DNA from: Trichoplax sp. H2
Taxonomy: Eukaryota
DNA length: 25,703 nt
Direction of reading: 5' to 3'
Assembly (NCBI GenBank): GCA_003344405.1
Contig: NOWV01000254.1
Location: forward strand, 62,001-87,703
Part shown: piece after piece, positions 1-11,000 of the stretch
How positions within the stretch are numbered: the first letter of the stretch is position 1
Layout of the letters: each line of letters starts with the position of its first letter
Translations under genes and position numbers: made by a program
The notes under the pieces: model-generated
The model's input: only the letters and a program-made list of their open reading frames with translations
The model's database searches: none
What the model was told of the DNA's origin: nothing

Positions 1-3000
1 TGAAATTGATCCAATCAATCAAGTAGGAATCGAATTTTAATTTATTTGGATTTAATGCTATTGTCACGCTACATCCTCATTTCGATTGAATAGATGAGTG
101 AATACGGTAGCATCTTATTCAGTCAATTAAAATGTTAAATCGGCATTATTACTAACTGCTAAGAATTGCCTTCCATTTTTTTTACTTATATTTGAACATT
201 TTAGTCAAGTTGAGTGAATAAACCTAATGGAATAGAAGCTTTTCCCTCGAAAGCTTTTATTTTAGTAGCACTTTCTACGTATTGTAATGATTGATAAGTT
301 TCGTGTAGTTTATTCTTAAATTTTTGATTAAGTATCGCATGTTCATGATTAATATATAATCAAGTTTTTATGGAGATTAACATTTCTAGCGATAATTTTA
401 TCGGTTATCTCTTTATTTTTATCTGAAAGAAAGAATTTATTAAATGAAAGACCCATCAATTTCTTTAAAGTGGACGATTTGTACTGAAAAGGAATGATCA
501 AATTCTGTTTCTAGCATGTTTCAATTTAAGATCGATATCATTTTGATCTGGTATTTGTTACCGTTATTCCTAAGTTAATTGTTCTATTCATCCATGACTT
601 TACCGTTGAAATCCAGCATTACAAATAGCTGTAAATCAGAAGGGAAAAATTTAGTAAGTCGAATGCTAACGAGATTGCAGTTTTTGAATAAGATCTTCAT
701 AAAGATACTAAGTGTTCGAGCGAAATCAGTCACTAGACAAGCTAATATTTTCAGTTTATTGGCAAAGTCAATACCTATCCTGTAATAATAAGAATGAACT
801 ATATAGTGAAAGTCTTCAATACTATGAATTAATTAATAAGCTTTTACTTTCAGTTTTTTGATTTGTTACTTAAAGAATTGAAATCTATAATCTAAAGAAG
901 TTGTATTATTTTGTTTTAAAAGATAACCGAATTGAACTTGCTTCAGATTACTATCGTTAACTTCGTACCGCAATTCTGATTTTAAATATGATGATTTATC
1001 CAATACCGCGAAATCCTCTAAAATTTCAATATTAGTACCTACAGTAATCTTATTTTGTCAATCTGATAATGACGTCGGGAGTTTTATATTACTGCGGGTT
1101 GATAGATTTAAAATGATATCATAAAAATGAAGCTTATTAGTTGATATATATTTAGAATACTATATAGACCAATTTATAGTATGTTCTATATGACATAACG
1201 TTTGAAGTCAAAGTTCTATTTAATTCCGGTGCTTTAAAACATCGGACTGATTTCATAGGCAAATATTAATAATGATTTTAGGATATCGTTACCAACGGTA
1301 ACTTTGCATCTTAGTAAATTTGGTAAAGATCCCGATATCTTTATAGCATGTTTGATAATAATTATACATACGTACATATATAATTTAGAGATTACATCAT
1401 AGAAAATGATTGTATTCATTTAGCTTTCTTTAAATTTAAAGATTAATCCATGTGACAAGTCAATTAATAATTTATTATAACTTAGTTTAGAAATATCAGC
1501 GTTGATCTAATTGAACATGATAAAAATAGTTTAAATCAGTATTAAAAGTAACACGGTATACAATATTGCAGCCAAATAAATGAAAAATCTCAGAAATTTT
1601 TATTTTATATCGATTGATTTATTATCGATGGAATCATCCTATCGTCGTTAATGTGATCAAGATTTCAATAATTTCACCTTGTGTTAAGAATTTGAGATTT
1701 ATATTGCATAATTATAGTGGCTGAACGCATTTAATTGGTTTTAATTGAAGGCAAAAAATTAATCGATATCACATAGCAAACTAATAATCATACTCTCTAT
1801 ACGAAATGAGATCTTGCCTTTAGGATAGCAGTATCGATAGTATAGGTCAAGTTTACTGATTGTAACTAATTCATCAAGTTATCAAATCATTGCTAATTTT
1901 ATAAACTGCATATTAAGAAATTAGATTGTATCTTATCGAAATGTCATCTTTTCGACTGGCTATTTTTGAATAGTGCAGGATTAATTATGTCCCACTAATT
2001 TTAAATAATGAGAATAAAACCACACATTTATAATTATATACAAAGGTGGATAAAACTACGTTTATCTACAGTATACCATTTCTATTACTACTTGTATATT
2101 GGTAGTTAGTACCTACACGCTATTATGTAACTATAACTAGCAGTAACCTACTCGAATAGTCTCCAAGATTTCTCAAAGAATCATTTCCTGCCGTAGTTAG
2201 ATGAAATTACATACATTCAACTACATGCTCGTATATCAATAGGCAAAAATTTTCTGAATATCTGTAATATTTTCTTAATCGATCTGGTATTGGCATTAAC
2301 GTGTCATTTTAGTCCTCTAATAACTAAAAACTCTCCAAAACTCTGCTACCAAACTATTTCGTAATCGTCATTAGAATGGAATTGTATATACCCAAGTGTA
2401 TCTTAAGATAGGTAAAATTCTAAGTTCGTTTAATAAACTGTTTCCCTGACCAGCATTATTTGTCCTAAAGCAGTATTTTATGACTAAAAGTGGTATTCAA
2501 AGGCTTCTATAAAATCATTTTAAATCGTTATTTCTTTAAAATCTGCCGCATTGAAGAGCTGCTTGCGTCATATCAGTTGTTCTGGATAAGTAGAGTGTAG
2601 AAATCATCAGAGAATGATAGTCATTGTAATCTGTTCCTGATGCTTTAGTCCATTCTATTTTGGACTCAAGATGACATATTGATGATTGTATAAGATCGTA
2701 AATATTTATAGCCACCATTCTATCATATTGATAGAATAGAATATTTATTTGTTGGCGTATCATGGCATTAATTTTTAGTAAGAACTCATTGATTTCGCTG
2801 GTTGGTCATGACTCTTCAACTAGTAGTCCAATACAATATTTAAATAATTATAAGCCTTGAAATGTTTTATCCGCTTGATTTTTAGAGCAGTTGTCATTTT
2901 ATTTTACAAGAGGAATATAATAGCCCGCGTGCATTTGAATGGGATTCAATTTAAAGCTATAAATCACACTATATGGGTGTATGTGTTCTTAATTAGTCTA

Positions 3001-3164
3001 CAATCTAAATTAGGTGTGGTATGTTGCAAAGTTAGTATATTAATAACAGTTTCATCGGCTAACATGAAACAACTTTAATAGATTTTAGGACTATCTATAA
3101 ATTTTATCTATAAATCAAGTATAGCCAGCTTGTGCTTTTACTTCGTTGTATGTGCCAATTTTTT

Positions 3165-3600
3165 CTCAACCTTACGCATTAACGATCTCATTGACTCTAA
3201 TTGTCAGGCAGCGTAAATAGGCTAAATGTTGTACTAGGTATATGAATGAAGTATTACTAGCTTAAGATTGAATAATTTGGTTGTTTTAATCAATCTTATT
3301 AACTGTCATTATGATAGAGAAAGGATAGTTTTTAACCGTCTTAATTTTACGCTCACTAATCAAGTATTACTCCGCTGTGCTTAGATGTACTCTACTTTAA
3401 CGTATTCATGATCTCATGAAATCTAATTATGCACTGATTGAATGGGCTAAAAAATTGCTTCTATTCTAAATTTTAGCCTCAATTTCTAATTACTTAGAAT
3501 TAAAATTTTCATTAACTTTAACGCATTCATAATCTTGTTGACTCCAATCAGGGAACAGACTTAATAGGCTTCATGTTGTATTTATTAATCAAGTATTATA
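3165..3600. repeat. Degenerate direct repeat, 3 copies of an ~70-bp core
   Basis: Copies at about 3168, 3394 and 3514: ac(c/t)ttaacgcattcatgatctc.ttgactctaat ... aataggct.aatgttgta. Confidence 0.6.
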
Positions 3601-3712
3601 AGCCGAAATAATTTCTTCTTTAATGGGGATTGAATTATGTTTTTATAAAATGAATAGATGCCGGCCCAGCCTTTTCTTATTCCTTTTTTCCTTTCATTAC
3701 GTTCTTTGACAG

Positions 3713-3870
3713 CTGTAGAATAACATTTTGACATTCTAGGATGGCTACAGGAAGATTTTAAAATTATTTTTAATACCTATCTGTTATGACATAAAATAGA
3801 CGGCTGCTATAGTTAGTAAAACCACATCTTTTTAATTAATCGTTTCCATAAATTTTTCATTATCCACTAG
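3713..3870 (+). other. Candidate non-coding (5'UTR) exon of gene 1
   Basis: Very strong pyrimidine tract 3671-3707 plus acAG at 3711-3712, and donor AG|GTAAGC at 3871. All three frames have stops. A matching acceptor (ttCTAAC branch point, tttcAG 4657-4658) lies before the ATG exon. Confidence 0.45.
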
Positions 3871-4857
3871 GTAAGCCACAAGCCAAGTTCGTCCATTTTA
3901 AAGTGCCTTTAGAGAGAATTGAGAAAAGGTAAAATTATGTTTCTGTTTTCGTAGCTGTATCTACCAAGTCTTTCTCAACGAATGAATAGAAACGACTATT
4001 AAAATTCATGCTAGTGTGTAATCAATTGAGATTCTAGTTGATTGAACTGCAATTTACTTGCAATTTTACATGATCGACTGCAATAATTTCTCCTAAGTTC
4101 ATTATAGGTAGTTTAAAAATTTTAAACGAATTGCTTTCAAGTCTTAATAGTTATCTATATTAGCATATACCGCTAATTAGCCATTTCATCGAGAAGATGA
4201 AAAGGCACATCTACACTACAGTATATCCCTTAAGTATATAAGTAATTTTAGCAGCTTTGCTTTGCCTAGAGCTTAAGAAGTATAAAATTAAATCGACATT
4301 ATTTTTATGGTAATTTTATTCTAGATAGTTTGCTTTAGTTAAAGATTAAGTGTACAGTAATTATAAATCTACCGCAGTAGTATTCTATTCTATTTCCTAT
4401 AATTTAAATTGCTTAAAGTTTGGTGATAGAAAGCGACGATATATCTGCACAACTAATTATTCAATTTTATTTTAACCGTAATTGTTTCTCATCATCTCTG
4501 GAATTTTAGAAGATCGGATTCAATATATTCTGGACGTATTTTAAGACCGCTGATCTACTTTTACCTGCATATTTTCTCATATCAAAGATACCTCCTATTT
4601 CTACGCTCCTTTCTATTCATTTATCAAGAAAATTGAATTCTAACCTATTCCATTTCAGACTTATTAACTTGATTTTGATTGAAATCTTTAAGCTACTAGC
4701 CTCTCAATTAAATTTTGATTCAGAACTGTCTCTATTATCAAATCAACAACTTACAGAATTAAATTTATATCTTAATTCGAACTTTATCCATAATTATCTA
4801 TTCCATTGGCTTGGATTATAATTCAATACTGTGGTACTCTATTCAAGATCTTTATTA

Positions 4858-5017
4858 ATGGCTACTCAATCTTGTTTACGGATCAATTTTATCGGTTGTT
4901 TTGCCGTTGTCTTATTATTAATCATGACTCGAAGTCAATCATCATTGACAGCAGCCGCAGAACCTTCTCAAATCATGTTGATGTCTGCTGATGAAACTTT
5001 AACATCTTCGTTAATAT
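4858..5017 (+). CDS. Gene 1 coding exon 1: signal peptide and start of S/T stalk
   Basis: ATG 4858, MATQSCLRINFIGCFAVVLLLIMTRSQSSLTAAAEPSQIMLMSADETLTSSLI, with hydrophobic core FIGCFAVVLLLIM. Donor GTAAGT at 5018 (phase 1). No ATG in the ~200 nt upstream. Confidence 0.82.
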
Positions 5018-8000
5018 GTAAGTTTGTCATGAATGCTTTAACTGCATTTAGACGGATAAGATCATGATGGCATACAGGATTAGCATTTATCTGAGGTGCT
5101 AACTAGAATGAAAATGGTTCCTTAATCTTCTTTTTATTGGTTTTTGAATATCTTTCAATTTTATTGGTTTATTTATAGTTTTTTCTTTAGTTGGTTGTCT
5201 CCTCTTTTAAGAAAAATTTCATTCCACTTTATTGCTCCTAGTCTTGAATATCCATCTATGCTTAGGAATACTATTGACGTAGTAGATTGTACTATTTACG
5301 AAAAAAGATTTTTCAACTTGCCTTCAATACCTCTTTAGCATATTCTGATTGTTCTAACTGGTCGTTTTCCTCTTAATAGATTGTTTCCTCTTTTAAGAGT
5401 AACTTCATCTTACTTTATCTATGCCAAACTAAAGCAGAACATCTACCTACATTTAGGAATAGTATAGATGTAGTTGATTGTCTTTTTCTAAGATCATTTC
5501 ATTTTACACTATTTGCATTATACCTTACCTCAGCAACGCAACTATCTCAATTCCAGGTAGTAGAAACGAGGTAGATTGCTGCCTTTTCCTAAGATCATTT
5601 CGTTTTCCTCTGTTCTCCTTATCCTTCGGCAAAGCATCAATCTCTATTCCAGATAGTATAGAGATGAGGTAGATAGTCTTTTCCGAAGATCGTTTCATTT
5701 TACTCAGTTCACCTTATACATCAGCAAAGCGTCCATCTGTCTTCCAGATGGTAGAGATGAGATAGATTGTCGTCTATAAAATTCATTTCTTTCTTTGCTT
5801 TCTACCTCAGTAAAACGTCTCACCTACTTTGAGAAATAGCATAGGTAAAATAAGTTACTTCTCCTATATGCACTGTTATATTTTATAAAATGCGAATTTT
5901 ATGATCTAAAAATCTTCCTGTCTATATCTCACCATGAAATGGAAAATTTTTATCCACCGTGGTATAATAAACCTGAGCAGTTCTAATTGGTTGTAAACGC
6001 GTATTAAAATTGAAAGATTTTCTTTCTGACTAATGTCTTCTCACCATTAATTGTAGCTATCCATCGTTTTGATTATTCTACCATAGCGAGCGAATTTTCA
6101 TCAGATATCATGACTACTGCAACTAAAGGTTAGTATCTCGGACATTTATTGGATGTTGATCCTTTTAATCCAAAATAATAACCATGATTCTTGTCTTTTG
6201 TCGTTGCTGACTAATTGAAGGAGCAGTAATTCAAGCCAGTAGTGTTACTATCGGTAAGTTATAGATTCTACTAATGAAATTATCTTGCTGTTAAGAGCTA
6301 TGCTTGAATTGATCTTTTTCTACTAACACTTCTTACTTATACGCATACAACAGAAACTATTGCCTCAACAACTGTCGTAACTACAATGCCAACAACACAA
6401 CCAACACCTGCAGCAAGTTAGTAAAAATCAGCTATAGTGAATAATTCTGAGTAAGAGGTTTAATCGTTTATTATATTACTATGAAAAGACAGTAACTGTA
6501 CTATTTATTAGTCATGCTACGTTATAGTAATTCCGTTGTTAAAAAGAAATAAAATAAGTCTGAGTAACATAGGACGTGAAGTTGTTCATAGTATTTTTAT
6601 GGAAAGGTAGCAATTATACTTCAATTTTATCGCAACTGTGCTATATTTTAGAAAGAAAGGAACAATTTTAACAGTAATAGCACTTGTTTTCAGCATTGTT
6701 ATGAAAGACAGCAGCTACATTGCTAATACAATATTATCCTATGCCATAGTAGTCTTGAAGTAGCTTTTAAAAGAAGATTGAATCGTTGTGAGGAAAAAGC
6801 AATACTAAATTGTGTTATGGGAAATGTTAACTTGTTCCTAGCATTGCTATGAAAGACAGCAGCTACATTGCTAATACAGCAATACGCTATACTATAGTAA
6901 CCTTGAAGTAGTTTAAAAAGAAAACTAAATCGTTATGGGGAATAAAGAATATTGAATCATGTAATAGAAAATGCTAACTTGTTCCTAGCATTGCTACGAA
7001 AGACAGCAGCGATATTGCTAACGAAGCTATTCTATAGCAGTCTTGAAGCAGTTTTAAAGAAGATTGAAGATTGAAATCTTTGAGCAGTTGTGATGTATAA
7101 GGGAATGTTAATCATATAGCAGGAAATGCTAACTTGTTCTTAGCATTACTATGAAAGAGAGCAGCTACATTGCTGAATCTGCAACATACTACGTTAAAAT
7201 AGACTTAAAGTAGTTTAAAAGCAGATCACATACAAGGAGATATCCTATTTATAACAATAATAGTGTATGCGATAAGTGGATATAGTTGTTAGTAATGGTT
7301 TATTATATATAGCCTAGATTTAGTTTTAGAGAAGAATAAATAATTTTTAGTAATAGAGAATGTCAAGTTGTTCATAGCAATACAGTGAAAAAGCAACAGC
7401 TTGTAAAGTAAAGTTAAGCTATGTTATAACAGTCTTGCTGTGATTTTTGAGAGGAATAAGTCTGAGTAACAAGAAACGCCATTCACAGCATCACTATGAG
7501 AAGATGGCGGTGATACTATTGGTATGTTAAAGCGGTTTTGCTACGTTCTTTTGAGAGAGAGGGATCGCTCTGAAAATAGGGGCATTAAGTTGTTTAAGGT
7601 ATTATTATCGGACGATTCACATCGCGCTTATACTTATAGTTATATTTGATTATAGCAGTTCGCTGTGATGAATAGTTCTGAGTAATAAGGAAAAGTTATT
7701 CGTAGCGTTGCTAAGGGATGATGGGATCTATAATATTTGTGTAGTAGCGCTAGATTATAGCAAGTTTATTGCAGTTTTATAATGAATTTGAATTACTTAC
7801 CTTAAAATCGTTTTCTTCCAAGTCCATCAATATCTTGAATATTAACATAAGACCATATATAGCTTTATAAGTTAACACATTTCCTATTGGAAATAAGATC
7901 ATGATTGCTAGTCTGCCCTAGATCATCTATTTTTCCTATCAATTCTTTCCTATGACTTATTTGCTGATACTGATCTATTTTTGCACCATTTCTCTATTTT

Positions 8001-11000
8001 AGCCACTAGGATACCTTGTAATGGTCAATGCCATGCGAATGCTACCTGCCAAGGCTCGGGAGGAAATGAAAGATGCGAATGTGAATCTAGCCTAGGATAT
8101 TATGGAGACGGGATTACATGTACAGGTAGAACAAGAATCAATAATTTGAATCCTTTTTAGTTTACAATTCTGTATACAGCATCTAAGTAACAGTTTAAGG
8201 ACTATTTATATTGTTATAGAATTTACTGACGATCTACGCATATTTTATCTCTTGCCCCAATTAGAAAATAAATGCATTACTAATCCTAATGCCTGTGGAG
8301 TCAAGGCTACATGTTCCAATACTAGTACAAGCTACTTTTGCCAATGCAAATTCGGTTATTATCTATCTTCAACGGTAGGAAACCACCTAACGGTGAAAAC
8401 GGACAGTTCGTGCTTACGTAAGTTATAGTTATAAACTGGAAGAAATTTTATCTATAAGAAAGAGACCGATAGATCAAAGTAATCCCACTTTTAATATGCG
8501 ACATAAATTTTGACTAAATAATACGGATGCTGCTCTAGTATTAGCATTGATATAGCTTAAAGATTCATTAACGTTTATTTTTTTTTATTGAAAGCGACAC
8601 ATAATCGATAGCTAGAATTAGAATAAACTATTTCTAATGACAAAATTTTTAGTCACTTATAACGTCAGAAATTGTAATAAATATCGATATGAACACGATG
8701 GAAAAAATGACAATTACTGTAGATAGCTCCATTTTTCTGTAATTATTTTAGCTAATTTCTCAGTTCCCTATTATCATATAGAAGATACTTTATATTATGA
8801 AAAGATATGTGAATGAGAACAAACATTATCATATTAAACATTACTGGATTAGTTTGACGTAAAGGGAATATAAAGCATCTTGACTAGTTCTATCAAGGAA
8901 AATAAATCATTATCTTAGTGTTTTGATTTAAATTGTAACTGTATATCCAGAGAAGTTAATGATTCAAAAAGGTTCAAGAAAGCAGTAGCAACTTTTCCTT
9001 TACTAATCGATAAAGTATTCATATTTGTAATCAATCTGAGCTATTAAATAGTTGTTTGCAATCTTTAAATAATACATAGTTGTCGGAAAAGACATCTAAA
9101 TCGATTAATTTGCAATTTTTGTGCGTAGTTACTTTATACGAGTACGTTAAGTTAAAACTTTCAAAAAATATTTCCATTTCATAATATTAAGAAAGATGCC
9201 GCTGCACAAGTTGTAGAAAATTAAATTATACATTTAAGAAATGTCAGGGAATGACATGTGCAGGGATTGAGAATATTTCTTTTACCTACGTTGATAAATC
9301 GAGCTATGATACTTTCATTTTGGAAAACAGTATTACTATCATGATAACTTATTAAAATTCGATCATTCCACGAGCTAGAAACTTCACTAACTATAAGTGA
9401 GACGTTCATTTTAATGTTTGGCCATTATAGAGGAAAAAGCGATGATAATATCATAAATCCTAATATTTAATTTTATCAAGTAGAATCAATCTTCATCTCG
9501 CTAACAGATATAAATATCCATGGCATGTTATTAAAGATAGATACTATTAATAAGAATAGTAAGCATTTACAGTATATCAATGCCTTATCTTCATGTTAAT
9601 TGAGTAAATAGTGATATTATAATGAATCTTCAATTTCATTAAGCGACAGTTCAAGTAAAATTGATCTATTCTATTTTCGGGCTATTAAAGTAAAGTATTA
9701 GCTACGTACGTGAAATATGTCATACTCACGACGGGCCAAATAATTATGAATTCTATTATAATTTCAGTCGGACTGACATATAATGGAGAAATTGGCTTTA
9801 AGAATGCGTACGGTCCATCTTATACCCCCATCAGTAATTCTAATGTAACTCAATTATTTTCTATACTGAAAGATATGGTAAGTAAAATATCACAACTAGA
9901 AGATGTCCCCCAAATGATTCAAATATACCATAAATCATTTACTATTAAGTTGACATCTTGCTATCTTATAAGTAAATGTTAATATTACTGCTTTCTGTAT
10001 CCATATAAGCTTTTTATTATCTAATCACAATAATTGCAGATTAACAATGAAAGTAAGTATATAAACTTTAATTAATTTACTTGGAATATAATAGATTCAG
10101 CAAGTACTCAATACAAATTCAACTACAAAGGGTCGTTATCATGCGATCGATCTCACTTCTATTGGGTAAATCGAGTTAGTTTTACTCTATGTATGGGTAT
10201 AAGCGTAAATAAGTAGCAGTAACATACAGAGAGACAGTAGTAGAAATGATGCAGTTTAGATAAGAATTAAATTAGAACTTATAAAAATTTTATAGATATA
10301 GATCTTATAGAATGATAGGATATCTATTTCTTTTCCAATACCTTACGATATGCTTTATCAAATTAATACCTTAGGAAAAGAGATCCTAATAATCTTCTTC
10401 TGCGTTATCTGCTTGTCATGAAGAATGGAAGCGATTATCTTCAGCCGGACTTCCTTAGTAAAGTACTAAAAGAAAAAATTCGAGATGTTGGACCACTAAC
10501 CGCAATTGCTTTTTCATTTAGCGGTAAATCTATTAGCAACTATCATACTTAATTTAGATACAAATAATTTTTCAACTTTATATTAATATCTCATAATTTA
10601 CTGTATTAAATTTAAATAATGCTATTATAGAAATTATTGATTACTTGAAAAACCTACAAGTTACAATCACTTAGTAGTTATTGTTTTTCTATTTGATTAA
10701 TATCGGTGGTTTCAACTTGCAATTATAACGTAGTTATAAATTTTATTTAATGATGTTAATTTCTTATGTAGTCTACGTTTGTAGTATCATTCATCTTTTC
10801 ATAATAAGCGATTGATATTGCATCTATTACAGGTAATCTTTATCGAATTAAACGTCTTAAACGGTTAACCTATTTTTATAGTAATATGCTGTCAGTTAGT
10901 CTGACTATACCAGTATCAAATATTACTACTTTCCAAGAGAATAATAATACTGTAGATAGATATCTCATAAAATATTTTACTTCAAAGCATAAATAATTAT

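Noticed and set aside
604..779. Minus-strand stretch bounded by AG/GT with an open frame (IGIDFANKLK...MLDFN), antisense to ORF 579..785
   Set aside because: No recognisable domain, a weak acceptor tract, and no partner exons found.
2536..3078. ORFs 2536..2763 (-) and 2857..3078 (+)
   Set aside because: Short, with AT-driven composition, no motifs and no supporting splice structure; likely chance ORFs.
6680..7200. CRISPR-like look of conserved ~40-bp cores separated by variable sequence (also 21070-21590)
   Set aside because: The 'spacers' are homologous to each other and about 100 bp long, the cores are degenerate, the context is a eukaryotic intron and there are no cas genes. These are tandem repeats.
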